Numbered from the stretch's first letter, positions 18,004 to 28,136 are shown. The stretch: DNA of 64,000 nt from Acidobacteriaceae bacterium (GCA_035503835.1 DATJSY010000009.1:3130-67129), one strand, 5' to 3'. Translations and numbers: made by a program. Notes: generated from the letters alone by a model not told the origin.

Positions 18004-19340
18004 CGGCGGGCGGCAGAATTCGCGTGATTGGTGGTGGTCTGGCGGGGCCGGAAGCCGCGCTGGTAGCCGCGCGCATGGGCGTCGAGGTCGATCTCTGCGA
18101 GATGCGCCCGGTGCGGAAGACGCCGGCGCATCAGTCTGCGGACTTCGGCGAGCTGGTCTGCTCGAATTCGCTGAAATCGGAGAGCAGGAATACCGCCCCG
18201 TGGCTGCTGAAACAGGAGATGCGGCGTGCGGGATCCCCGCTGCTGGTCTGCGCCGACGCGACCGCGGTTCCCGCGGGCCACGCGCTGGCTGTGGATCGCG
18301 TGGAGTTTTCGCGGCGGATTGGAGAAATGATCGCTGCGGAGGCGAGGATTCGCGTGCACCGCGAGGAAGTGACGCGGCTCGCGTCCGCTGACGATCCCAC
18401 TGCCGAGCTGACCATCGTGGCATCGGGGCCGCTGACCTCGAATGCGCTGTCGGATGAAATTGCGCGGCTGACCGGCAGCAAGCATCTGGCGTTCTACGAC
18501 TCGATCAGCCCGATTGTCGAGGCGGATTCGATTAATCGGGATCGAGTATACCTGGCGGCGCGGTACGACAAGGGATCGGCGGATTACATCAACTGTCCGA
18601 TGACGCAGGCGGAGTACGAGGCTTTTCTGGACGCGCTGCTCGGGGCCGAGAGCGTGGAAGCAAAGGAGTGGGAGAAGCTCGAATACTTCGAGGGCTGCCT
18701 GCCCATCGAGGAGCTGGCGCGGCGTGGGCGCAACACCCTGCGCTTTGGGCCAATGAAACCGGTGGGGCTGCGCGATCCGCGGACCGGCAAGATGCCGTGG
18801 GCGGTAGTGCAGATGCGCTGCGAGAATCTGCGCGCCGACTCGTATAACCTGGTCGGCTTCCAGAACCACCTGAAATATGGCGAGCAGGCGCGGATTTTCC
18901 GGATGATTCCCGGGCTGGAACAGGCGAAGTTTCTGCGCTACGGGCAGATTCACCGCAACACCTACATCAACGCGCCGCGGGTGCTGACGCCGCTGCTCAA
19001 CCTGCGGGAGGATCCCAGGATCTTTTTCGCTGGGCAAATCTCAGGCGTGGAGGGCTATACGGAATCGATCGCGACGGGAATGCTGGCGGGAATGTATGCC
19101 GCGATCCTGGCGCAGGGCGGCAGGCCCGAACCGGTTCCGCGCGCGACGGCGCTGGGGTCGCTGGTGAACTACATCACCCAGGCCGATCCAAAGCGCTTTC
19201 AGCCGGCGAACATTACCTTCGATCTGCTGGAGCCTCTCGACGAAGCGACTCGCCAGCGGGTGCGGGATAAGCGGGAGCGTCACTGCATGCAGTGCGAGCG
19301 GGCACTGGCGGCAATGGAGAGGTGGCTGGCTGCCCCGTAG
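18000..19340 (+). CDS. trmFO: Methylenetetrahydrofolate--tRNA-(uracil54-C5)-methyltransferase TrmFO
   Basis: IRVIGGGLAGPEAAL...LVCSNSLKS...FFAGQISGVEGYTESIATGMLAG. The start overlaps the GNAT stop as ATGA. Confidence 0.9.
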   Translation: MTAGGRIRVIGGGLAGPEAALVAARMGVEVDLCEMRPVRKTPAHQSADFGELVCSNSLKSESRNTAPWLLKQEMRRAGSPLLVCADATAVPAGHALAVDRVEFSRRIGEMIAAEARIRVHREEVTRLASADDPTAELTIVASGPLTSNALSDEIARLTGSKHLAFYDSISPIVEADSINRDRVYLAARYDKGSADYINCPMTQAEYEAFLDALLGAESVEAKEWEKLEYFEGCLPIEELARRGRNTLRFGPMKPVGLRDPRTGKMPWAVVQMRCENLRADSYNLVGFQNHLKYGEQARIFRMIPGLEQAKFLRYGQIHRNTYINAPRVLTPLLNLREDPRIFFAGQISGVEGYTESIATGMLAGMYAAILAQGGRPEPVPRATALGSLVNYITQADPKRFQPANITFDLLEPLDEATRQRVRDKRERHCMQCERALAAMERWLAAP

Positions 19341-19417
19341 ATCACAGCCTGCGGCCAGGCCTCGTTTCTGCGCGAAGCGCGAGGACAGCCAATCCTGCTA
19401 ACCTGAAGACATAGCGT

Positions 19418-20116
19418 ATGAAGTTCGGAGTCCTCGTCTTTCCCGGATCGAATTGCGACCAGGATACCTGGCATGTGCTGGCGGAGATCGCACAGCAGCC
19501 GGCGGTGTATTTGTGGCACGACTCGCCGGACCTGGAGAACTGTGACGCGATTCTTGTCCCCGGCGGATTCGCTTATGGCGACTATCTGCGCACGGGCGCG
19601 ATAGCGCGCTTCTCGCCGGTGATGCAGTCGGTGAAGAATTTTGCCGCGGACGGCGGGCTGGTGCTGGGCATCTGCAACGGATTTCAGATTCTGTGCGAAG
19701 CCGGACTGCTGCCGGGCGCGCTGCTGCGCAACGCGGGGCTGCAATACCTCTGCAGGCAGGTGTACCTGCGCGCGGAGACGAGGGACTCGCTCTTTACGCG
19801 CAATCTGGAGCGCGGGCAGGTGCTGAAGATGCCGATCGGGCACATGGAAGGGAACTACTTCTGCGATGCGGAGACGCTGGCGGAGCTGTGCCGCGCCGAT
19901 CGCGTCGCCTTCCGGTACGTGACGGCGGAGGGCGAGGCGACGCGGGAAGCGAATCCCAATGGATCCCTCGACAACATTGCGGGAATTCTGAACGAAGGCC
20001 GGAACGTGCTGGGGATGATGCCGCATCCGGACCGCTCCAGCGAGGCGCTGCTGGGCTCCGCCGACGGGTTTAAGATTTTTGCGTCGCTGGTGGACGCGCT
20101 GGCCCAACGCTCATGA
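19418..20116 (+). CDS. purQ: Phosphoribosylformylglycinamidine synthase, glutaminase subunit PurQ
   Basis: [16 protein letters not shown]...[12 protein letters not shown]...[10 protein letters not shown]...MMPHPDR. Confidence 0.92.
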
Positions 20117-20907
20117 TCGACATCCATCATCATCTGCTGTTCGGCGTAGATGACGGGCCGAAGGATCTGGATCGCTCCGTGGCGCAGGCGGAGGCGGCGG
20201 TGGCGGATGGCATCACGCACATCGTGTGCACGCCGCATGCCAATGATGTCTACGAATTCAGTCCTGAGACGAATCAGGAGCGGCTGGCGGCCATCCGCGA
20301 GCGGATAGGCGACAAGCTGACGCTGGGCCTGGGCTGCGACTTCCATCTCTCGTTCGACAACATTGAGGACGCACTGCAACATCCCCACAAATTCACCATC
20401 AATCAGGGCAGCTATCTGCTGGTGGAATTCGCGGAATTTATGATTCCGCAGAACATCGGGGATACGTTTTACGAGTTCACGATCAAGGGAATCCGCCCGA
20501 TCGTGACGCATCCGGAGCGGAATCCGCTGCTCCAGCGCGACGATGAGCGGATGGCGGAATGGATGCGCACGGGATGCCTGGTGCAGATTACAGCGGCGTC
20601 GCTGAGCGGGCGCTTCGGCAGGCGGGCGCAGGCGATGGGGTGGGAGATGATCGAGAAGAACTGGGTGCATTTCATCGCCACCGACGCGCACAACCTGGAA
20701 GGACGCCCGCCGCACCTGAGCGTGGCGTATGAGGCGATTGCGAAGCGCTGCGGGCAGGCGACGGCGGACCGGCTCTGCATCGAAAACCCGCGGGCTGCGT
20801 TCGAGAGCCGGAAGCTGCCGCCCCAGCCGGATCCGCAGGGGGTTTATGCCGATGAGCATGAGCCGGCCCGGCACGGAGGGTTCTTTTCGCGAATTTTCGG
20901 GAAGTAG
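20113..20907 (+). CDS. CpsB/CapC-type (PHP-fold) protein-tyrosine phosphatase
   Basis: [23 protein letters not shown]...[12 protein letters not shown]...IVTHPERN...FIATDAHN. The start overlaps the purQ stop as ATGA. Confidence 0.75.
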
Positions 20908-20945
20908 CCCCGCGGGCTGCAACTGGTCTCATCAATGCCTCGCAC

Positions 20946-21437
20946 TCAGAACTGGCTCGAGTGCGACCCGCCATCCAGGCGGGGCGCAAGCTGCTCGCTG
21001 GAGCCGAGGACGTGTTTATGAGACCACTTCCAGCGCACGCCGTGCGCGTTCAGGTGAGCCGAATACTCCAGGTCCGATTTGCGGATGTGCTCTTTCAGCC
21101 ACTTTCGCAGAAATGAGGGCAGGGCAGCGGTGTTGGGGCGCCCGCCCTCATCCGGTTCATTCCTGTATTTCCCCACTTCGGCCGTCAGCCGGGCGCGCTG
21201 CGCATTGTGAGCGGCAGGAGCCGGATAGCCCGTCCGGTCCATCAGGACTTCTTCCTGGTGGAAATGCGTGCTCGTATACACAGCCAGGCTGTGAACAACA
21301 TGGCGGATCACTTCCTCGCTCCTGCTGGCGCTCGTGGCCTCGGCCAGGCTGCCGATGACTTCGAAGAGCTTTCTGTGCTGCTCGTCGAATGCACGCACGG
21401 GAACACCGCAGGATTCGTCCCATGCGAATTCGGCCAT
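20946..21437 (-). CDS. Hemerythrin-like metal-binding (bacteriohemerythrin) protein
   Basis: I used the internal ATG at 21435-21437. FAWDESCGVPVRAFDEQHRKLFEVI...HFHQEEVLM...WLKEHIRKSDLEY shows the hemerythrin His/Glu ligand pattern. Confidence 0.8.
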   Translation of the reverse strand: MAEFAWDESCGVPVRAFDEQHRKLFEVIGSLAEATSASRSEEVIRHVVHSLAVYTSTHFHQEEVLMDRTGYPAPAAHNAQRARLTAEVGKYRNEPDEGGRPNTAALPSFLRKWLKEHIRKSDLEYSAHLNAHGVRWKWSHKHVLGSSEQLAPRLDGGSHSSQF

Positions 21438-21497
21438 ACCGGGTCCTGCCCTCGAGCTCATCGGCCGGGAAAGCCGCACCCTGAGAGCGCAGGGCGG

Positions 21498-22223
21498 CTA
21501 CAGGCCCAGGCCGCCATCCACGCTGAGCACCTGCCCGGTGATGAAGTGCGGGCCGGTGAGGAAGAAGAGCACCGCGGCGGCGACGTCCTCGACGGTGCCG
21601 TTGCGCTTCATGGGAGTGCGGCGGGCGAAGGGCTCGTACTCCGCGGCGAGTTCGCCCGTCAGGATCATTCCGGGGGCCACGCAGTTCACGCTGATCTCCG
21701 GCGCCCATGCCTTCGACATGGTGCGTGTGAGCATGTGCAGGGCGGCCTTCGAGGTGCAGTAATGGGCATGGGTGGGCCAGGGGTGCATGCCGCCCAGAGA
21801 GCCGATGTTGACGATGCGGCCGCGGGCGGCTTTGAGATGCGGCCAAGCGGCCTGCGCGGTGAGGAACGGGGCGCGGGTGTTGATTTCGAACATAGCGTCC
21901 CACTGCTCCACGGTGATGGTTTCCAGAGCGCTGGTTTCGTAGCGGCCGGCGTTGTTGACCAGGATGTCGAGGCGGCCCATGCGGGCGACGGCGGCGTCGA
22001 CAGCGGATCGGATCTGCTCGGGACGGCGGAGATCGGCGCGGAAGGCTGAAGCCACGGCACCGACAGCTTCCAGATCGGCGACGGTTCTGAGCGCGTCAGA
22101 TTCGGAATCGCGCCAGGTAATGGCGACCTGCGCGCCGGCTGCGCCGAGGGCCAGGGCCAGCGCCCGCCCGATCCGTTTGGCGCCTCCGGTGACCAGAGCC
22201 GCCTGTCCCTGCAAGGGTTTCAT
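21498..22223 (-). CDS. SDR-family oxidoreductase (pteridine-reductase-like)
   Basis: ALVTGGAKRIGRALALAL...NNAG...YCTSKAAL contains TGxxxxG and YxxxK. Confidence 0.85.
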   Translation of the reverse strand: MKPLQGQAALVTGGAKRIGRALALALGAAGAQVAITWRDSESDALRTVADLEAVGAVASAFRADLRRPEQIRSAVDAAVARMGRLDILVNNAGRYETSALETITVEQWDAMFEINTRAPFLTAQAAWPHLKAARGRIVNIGSLGGMHPWPTHAHYCTSKAALHMLTRTMSKAWAPEISVNCVAPGMILTGELAAEYEPFARRTPMKRNGTVEDVAAAVLFFLTGPHFITGQVLSVDGGLGL

Positions 22224-22320
22224 GCACTGATTTTACTGGCTGGCAGGCAACCCTCAGCGCGCTGGTTGCAACTTAGGACGCCACAAGCAACATCCTAATG
22301 AATGACAGAAGGAGCCGATC

Positions 22321-23061
22321 GTGCTCTTCCGTTTCGCGATTCTGGCCGTCGCTGCCGCTTTCCCTCTGACGATGTGGACCGGCTGCGCCGTCACTTCGCC
22401 TGCTGCGGCTGTGCTGGCGCAGGCCGTGGCGCCCGTCCAGTCCCAGCGTCCTGATCCCAACGCACCCTACATGATTCCGGCTCCGGTGCATCCCGTGGCG
22501 GCGCAAGTCGCTCCTGTAGCCGCCGGGCAGGCGTCGCCCTGCTCTCCCGATGCGCTGAAGGTGCAGGAGATCGCCGGAAATATGCACGGCGACTACCACT
22601 CGATCAAGCTGGGTTTCCGGAATCAGACCGGCGTAGCCTGCCGGCTGAGCGGGTATCCCATGGTGGCGCTGTTCAATGGACAGGGGCAGAACCTGGGCAG
22701 TATCGCCGTGGAACGGACGACGACGGCGGAAGTTCGCGCGGAGCTGGGGGAACCAGCGCCTCAACGCGCAGGTGCGCCGGGATCCCCGCAATCAGCAAAC
22801 GGCCCGGCCAGCTCGGCGGCTGCCCTGGAACCCGTCTCGGCGGGCACCGTCGGCAGCTCCTCACCGGTGGTGGTGGTGATGCCGAAAGAGGTTGCCGCAT
22901 TCCAGGTCGTGTGGTCCGCGGGGGAAAACTGCTCGAGCGTCGCGCGGCTGCTGATCACCCCGCCCGGCACCACGCGGACGTTTTCCGTGTCGCAGCCGAT
23001 GAGCGTGTGCGGCGGGCGGATTCAGGTGACGCCGCTGAGCCTGGATCAGGGAGATGACTGA
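22321..23061 (+). CDS. Lipoprotein, DUF4232-like
   Basis: The lipobox is FPLTMWTGC. The Cys-framed block CSPDALKVQE...LGFRNQTGVACRLSGYPMVALFNGQG resembles DUF4232. GGAG lies 6 nt upstream of the GTG start. Confidence 0.5.
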   Translation: MLFRFAILAVAAAFPLTMWTGCAVTSPAAAVLAQAVAPVQSQRPDPNAPYMIPAPVHPVAAQVAPVAAGQASPCSPDALKVQEIAGNMHGDYHSIKLGFRNQTGVACRLSGYPMVALFNGQGQNLGSIAVERTTTAEVRAELGEPAPQRAGAPGSPQSANGPASSAAALEPVSAGTVGSSSPVVVVMPKEVAAFQVVWSAGENCSSVARLLITPPGTTRTFSVSQPMSVCGGRIQVTPLSLDQGDD

Positions 23062-24437
23062 GCGTGAGCCGGCGGAGCGCACGGCTCGGGCTCCCGAGCG
23101 CGTCCGGCAAACGCGATGGCGGCCAGCGCGATCAGTGACGGAAAACATTCCAGCGTATAACGCGGCTCCGGCGCTTCGAGCGTCAGCAGGAGCAGGCAGC
23201 GCAGCAGCACGAAAACGAAAATCGCGGCGCGGAAGCTCGGGCGCTTCAGAAATCCGGCCAGAGCGGCGAGGAGATACGCCAGGTTCAGCCCGGCATAGGC
23301 CCAGGCGAACTCCGTTTCGCCTTCATGCTCCTCAAATTGCCACCAGCGCACCTCGATCCAGAGCATCTCCGTGCGCGGGCGCAGCCACATGTCCGCCAGA
23401 CGCGCCAGAGGCAGTTCCAGGTAATAGCGGAAGGGATGGGCGCGGATGCGCTGCGCGGCCAGGGCGGCGAAGTCGGCGTCCATTGGCAGCGTGATCTCGA
23501 GCTCGTCGTTGTAGGCGTCGAGCAACTTTACGGTCTGGCGGTACTGGGCCTCGGAGTCGAAAGCGCGCGCAGGCAGCCTGGACGGGTCGATGGCATCGCT
23601 GTTAGCATTCCAGTAAACATCCCAGGTGCAGGCGAAATCCGCGCAGACGGTTTTGGTCCAGCGATTGAAGCCGGGGTCTGTGCTCTCGCCGGGATCGACG
23701 GCGTAGCGGGGAGCGAGCGGCTGGAAGACGTGAAAGGTTTCCCAGTTGCGGATGGTCCAGGGAATGAACGGAAGGATGGAGAGGGCGCCGCAGAGCGTCG
23801 CCCAGCGAACCATGCGCGCCGCACCCCAGCGACGGCGGCCATAAAAGACCATGGCGGGGCAGAGGGCGAGAGCCAGCAGAGGACCGTCGGGCCGCAGCAG
23901 GGCAGCGTAGCTCCAGGCGGCGGCGAGGACAAGTGCCCATTTCCAGCCGGGCGCATCGAGGAAGCGCGGCAGAGCGTAGAAAGCGAGAGCGATGCAGAAG
24001 AGCTCCAGCGTCTCCGTGAGCGGCGCGGCAGTGTAGTTGGCGGTGAAGGGGCAGAGCGCGGCCAGCCAGAGCGCCCACCAGCCGGCGCGGTCGCTCCACA
24101 CCCGGCGGGCAAACCCGGCGATCAGCAGGCAGGAGAGCAGGCCGATGAGCGCCTGAATCAGCATGATGGGGTAGTAGCGCTCGATGCCAAAAAGATGGAA
24201 GCAGAGTCGAAGAAACAAAGGGTAGCCAGGCAGCCGCATGAGCGTGGGGTGAAGGCCCTCCTCGGGACTGAAGACGCCGTATACGCCGTGGAGCATCCAG
24301 TTTTTGGCAATCCCGCCGTAAACGAGCGTGTCGCCTCCGATTTCCGGGTAGGCCCGGATGAACCACAGGCGCAGAGCGGCCCCGGCCAGCAACGGAAGGA
24401 GCAGCAGCCCGGTTTTCTTCTGCCTGGGAGAGAGCAT
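23046..24437 (-). CDS. GT-C-fold (ArnT/PMT/GT39-like) polytopic membrane glycosyltransferase, paralog 1
   Basis: I used the internal ATG at 24435-24437. GDTLVYGGIAKNWMLHGVYG...LMRLPGYPLFL...LLRPDG is followed by many TM segments. The 3' end overlaps the convergent 22321-23061 gene by 16 nt. Confidence 0.65.
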   Translation of the reverse strand: MLSPRQKKTGLLLLPLLAGAALRLWFIRAYPEIGGDTLVYGGIAKNWMLHGVYGVFSPEEGLHPTLMRLPGYPLFLRLCFHLFGIERYYPIMLIQALIGLLSCLLIAGFARRVWSDRAGWWALWLAALCPFTANYTAAPLTETLELFCIALAFYALPRFLDAPGWKWALVLAAAWSYAALLRPDGPLLALALCPAMVFYGRRRWGAARMVRWATLCGALSILPFIPWTIRNWETFHVFQPLAPRYAVDPGESTDPGFNRWTKTVCADFACTWDVYWNANSDAIDPSRLPARAFDSEAQYRQTVKLLDAYNDELEITLPMDADFAALAAQRIRAHPFRYYLELPLARLADMWLRPRTEMLWIEVRWWQFEEHEGETEFAWAYAGLNLAYLLAALAGFLKRPSFRAAIFVFVLLRCLLLLTLEAPEPRYTLECFPSLIALAAIAFAGRAREPEPCAPPAHAQSSP

Positions 24438-24609
24438 TGCGATTATTAGACCAGCCTGCTGGCGTGAGGGAATGGGAAAGAATCGTTGCGGAGTCGTGGG
24501 CGCCACCGCGACGGCGACAGGTGCGGCGCGCGGCGGGAGGGCGGGTGTGCATTTACAGGCCAGTCGCAGGGCGGCGCTGTCGTACGATTGAAAGCATAAT
24601 CGGCCAACG

Positions 24610-27600
24610 ATGAAGCAGGTCTTCTACGATCCCAGGCAACTGCGCCGGAGAGTGCTCCGGCGGCTCACTGACGTGTTGGTGGTGGGGCTCACGCTGGTGC
24701 TGGCGGTCTTCATTTTCAGCGTTATTTCGCGGCAGGACCTGCCCGGGCTCCTGCTGCCGACACAGAAGCCGAATTACAAGGCTCTCAATGAGCACTTGGA
24801 GATGGTGAGGAAGACGGCGGCGGCGCGGCCACCGTCCCGGCGCAGGCGGCGGCGCGCCTCGGAGGTCGTTCCCAACCAGGACCAGCCGCTGCGTGCGGCG
24901 TTTTATCAGAACGACTCGGCGGACTTTGCATCGCTCGAGGCGCACATCCACCAAATTGACATCCTGTTTCCGGACTGGCTGCACGTCATCTCGCCCGACG
25001 GCAATCTGGTGGGCGCGACGCCGATGTATCCCGTGCATTTTTACAGCGTGGTGGATGCGAGCGGGGTGCACAGTGTCGATCCGCAGAACCAGGTGAAGGA
25101 CGCGATCGCGGCGGCCCACGAGGATACGGAAATCTATCCCATGCTGAATGATTACGACACTCTCACCACGGAGTGGGAGGGGGACGTGATCGGGCGCATG
25201 CTGCGCAGTCCGGCGGCGCGCCAGCGTCTGCACCTTGAGCTGGACAAATTCCTGTACGCCAATCCGTCGTATCGCGGGATCGCTCTGGATTTCGAGCAGG
25301 TGCCGGACGAGGACCAGAAGCTGTATGCGGAGTGGGTCGGGGAATTGCACAGCGATTTTCAGGCCAAGCACCTGAAGGTTTACGTCAGTCTTCCGTCCCA
25401 GGCGCCGGCGCCGGTGCTGCGCAGGATGTCGCGCAGCAGCGATGGCATCATCCTGATGAATTACGACGAGCACGAGGAGACCAGCGATCCCGGGCCGGTG
25501 GCCAGCGAGCCGTGGTTCGAAGCGAACCTGACGCGCGCCCTCAAATACGTGCCCCTGCAAAAGCTGATCTGCGGCATCGGCAATTACGGTTTCGACTGGG
25601 CGATGCCTGCGGCGGTGAAGGGCAAAAAGGTCTCCGACCGCGTGGTGAGTGTCGACGACCTGACGGTGCAGGACGCGTGGCAACTGGCAGCCGATGCGGG
25701 AGCGGACGTGCATCTGGCGGGCGATGAGCTGAATCCGTCCTTCGCCTACGTGGATGAGGATACGCACCTGCGCCATCAGGTGTGGTTTCTGGACGCAGTG
25801 ACCGCGCTGAATGAGATGCGGGCGGGGAATCTGATGGGCATCCGCACCTTCGCGCTGTGGCGCCTGGGCGAGGAGGATCCTTCGCTGTGGAAGGTCTGGA
25901 ACGATCCCGGAGCCAGGAATGCTCCCGACCTGCTGGAGACGGTGCCGCCGGGCCAGGACGTGGACACCGAAGGCGAAGGCGACATTCTGCGCATCGTTTC
26001 GACACCGCAAACGGGTACACGCACCATCCAGATGGCGTCCGACAACTACACGCTGATCGATGAGGACATGACCAGCCTGCCGCGGTCGTACACCATCGAG
26101 CAGTACGGCTATCATCCGCACGAGATGGCGCTGACCTTCGACGACGGGCCGGACCCCGCCTGGACGCCGAAGATTCTGGACGTGCTGCAGCAGTACCACG
26201 TGCCGGGTACCTTCATGATCATCGGCGAAGAGGCGATGAACAACATCGGACTGGTGAAGCGCGAGGTGGCCGACGGCGAGGAGATCGCCAACCACACCTT
26301 CACCCATCCGAACATCGCGGAGATCACACCCCGCCAGTTGGTGCTGGAGCTGAACGGCACGGAGCGCCTCTTCGCCGCGGAGCTGGGTATCCACACGCTG
26401 TTTTTCCGGCCTCCGTATTCGATCGATCAGGAGCCCGATACCAACGGAGAGGCCGCACCTGCGTATCGCATCCAGCAGATGGGCTACACCATCATCGGCG
26501 ACAAGATCGACACCGACGACTGGAATGAGCATCCGCACAAGACGCCCCAGGAGATTACCGACAGCGTACTGCAGCAGATTCAGGCGATGAAGGCGCTGCC
26601 GTGGATGCGGGGCAGCATCATCCTGATGCACGACGGCGGCGGGAACCGCTCGGCGACGGTGGCCGCGTTGCCCATGCTGATCACGACGCTGCGCGCGCGC
26701 GGCTACAAGTTCGTGCTGGTCTCAGACCTGATGGGGAAGACGCGGGCGGAAGTGATGCCGCCCATCGCGGCGAATCTGCGCTGGCAGGCGCGCGTCGACT
26801 GGGTGGCGTTCTTCTTCTTTTCCGTCTTTGCGCATTTCCTGGTGGACGTCTTCTTTATCGGCGACGTGCTGATGAGCGTGCGCCTGCTGCTGATCGGCAT
26901 CTTCGCGCTGATCGATCGCTTCCGGAAGCGGCACATTCCACCGGGCGAGTACCGGCCGCGCGTGGCTGTGCTGATTCCCGCCTACAACGAGGAGGTGGTG
27001 ATCGTCCGGACGATCCGGTCGGTGCTCAAGTCGGATTATCCGGACATTCGCTTGATTGTGGTCGATGACGGGTCGCTCGATCGCACCTTTGAGACCGCGC
27101 GCGAGTCGTTTCCCGAGGAGATTGCCGCTCGCCGCCTGATGGTGCTTACCCAGCGCAACGCGGGCAAGGCGGAGGCGCTGAATTACGGGCTGCATTACGT
27201 GGACGAGGAAGTTTACGTCGGCATCGATGCGGATACCATCATCGCGCCGGACGCGATTTCGAAGCTGGTGCGCTGGTTTGCCGATCCGCGCGTCGGCGCC
27301 GTGGCCGGTAATGCGAAGGTGGGGAACCGCATCAATCTGTGGACCCAGTGGCAGGCGCTGGAATACATCACCAGCCAGAACTTCGAGCGCCGCGCCATGG
27401 ATCTGTTCAATGTGGTGACTGTGGTGCCGGGAGCGATAGGGGCATGGCGCACCAGCGCCGTGAAGCGTGGCGGATGCTACCCCGTCAATACCGTCGCCGA
27501 AGACGCCGACCTGACCATGAATCTGCTGGAGCAGCAGTACAAAGTCATTTACGACGATCGCGCGCTGGCCTTTACTGAGGCGCCGGCCACGGCACGCAGC

Positions 27601-28113
27601 CTGATGCAGCAGCGCTTCCGCTGGTCCTTCGGTATTTTGCAGGCGGTCTTCAAGCATTGGGGCGCCGTCCGCACCAACCGAGCCATGGGCTTCTTTGCGC
27701 TGCCCAACATTCTGATCTTCCAGATTCTCTTTCCCCTGGTTTCGCCGCTGATCGACATCATGTTCGCCGCCGGGGTCGTGCAGTATCTGGTGGATCTCCA
27801 TTTCCATCCGGAGACCGCCAGCGCGGCCAGCTTTGAGAAGCTGCTGGCGTACTTCTTCATCTTCATCCTCATCGATTTCCTCACCTCGACGCTGGCCTTT
27901 CTGCTGGAGCCGCGGCATCCCGCGAACAAGGGCGACGGCTGGCTGCTCTTCCATATTTGGCTGCAGCGCTTCTCCTACCGGCAGATTTTCTCAGTAGTGC
28001 TTTTCCGCACGATCAAGCGGGCCATTGAAGGCCGGCCGTTCAACTGGGAGAAGATCGAGCGCACCGCGCGCATGTCGCGCAAGACCGAAGAGATCGCCGC
28101 CGGGGACGGGTAA
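24610..28113 (+). CDS. Tri-domain membrane protein: GH18-like hydrolase, CE4 (NodB) polysaccharide deacetylase and GT2 processive beta-glycan (PgaC/NodC/chitin-synthase-like) synthase
   Basis: The N-terminal TM segment is followed by three domains.
- GH18-like, approx 24890-25890: GIALDFEQV carries the D-x-E of the DxxDxDxE motif, and GIGNYGFDW is also present.
- CE4, approx 26110-26735: TFDDGPDP, HTFTHP, RPPY, LMHDGGG.
- GT2, approx 26958-27630: AYNEE, VVDDGSLD, NAGKAEALN, DADT, AEDADLT, QQRFRW.

C-terminal TM segments follow the GT2 domain. Confidence 0.8.
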   Translation: MKQVFYDPRQLRRRVLRRLTDVLVVGLTLVLAVFIFSVISRQDLPGLLLPTQKPNYKALNEHLEMVRKTAAARPPSRRRRRRASEVVPNQDQPLRAAFYQNDSADFASLEAHIHQIDILFPDWLHVISPDGNLVGATPMYPVHFYSVVDASGVHSVDPQNQVKDAIAAAHEDTEIYPMLNDYDTLTTEWEGDVIGRMLRSPAARQRLHLELDKFLYANPSYRGIALDFEQVPDEDQKLYAEWVGELHSDFQAKHLKVYVSLPSQAPAPVLRRMSRSSDGIILMNYDEHEETSDPGPVASEPWFEANLTRALKYVPLQKLICGIGNYGFDWAMPAAVKGKKVSDRVVSVDDLTVQDAWQLAADAGADVHLAGDELNPSFAYVDEDTHLRHQVWFLDAVTALNEMRAGNLMGIRTFALWRLGEEDPSLWKVWNDPGARNAPDLLETVPPGQDVDTEGEGDILRIVSTPQTGTRTIQMASDNYTLIDEDMTSLPRSYTIEQYGYHPHEMALTFDDGPDPAWTPKILDVLQQYHVPGTFMIIGEEAMNNIGLVKREVADGEEIANHTFTHPNIAEITPRQLVLELNGTERLFAAELGIHTLFFRPPYSIDQEPDTNGEAAPAYRIQQMGYTIIGDKIDTDDWNEHPHKTPQEITDSVLQQIQAMKALPWMRGSIILMHDGGGNRSATVAALPMLITTLRARGYKFVLVSDLMGKTRAEVMPPIAANLRWQARVDWVAFFFFSVFAHFLVDVFFIGDVLMSVRLLLIGIFALIDRFRKRHIPPGEYRPRVAVLIPAYNEEVVIVRTIRSVLKSDYPDIRLIVVDDGSLDRTFETARESFPEEIAARRLMVLTQRNAGKAEALNYGLHYVDEEVYVGIDADTIIAPDAISKLVRWFADPRVGAVAGNAKVGNRINLWTQWQALEYITSQNFERRAMDLFNVVTVVPGAIGAWRTSAVKRGGCYPVNTVAEDADLTMNLLEQQYKVIYDDRALAFTEAPATARSLMQQRFRWSFGILQAVFKHWGAVRTNRAMGFFALPNILIFQILFPLVSPLIDIMFAAGVVQYLVDLHFHPETASAASFEKLLAYFFIFILIDFLTSTLAFLLEPRHPANKGDGWLLFHIWLQRFSYRQIFSVVLFRTIKRAIEGRPFNWEKIERTARMSRKTEEIAAGDG

Positions 28114-28136
28114 TTTCGGCGGTACGCCGCGCGCCC

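Noticed and set aside
24438-24609. A promoter call (TTGAAA / CATAAT) in the divergent region between the GT-C paralog and the synthase.
   Set aside because: The two hexamers are only 1 nt apart, and no acceptable -35 lies 16-18 nt upstream of CATAAT, so I made no call.
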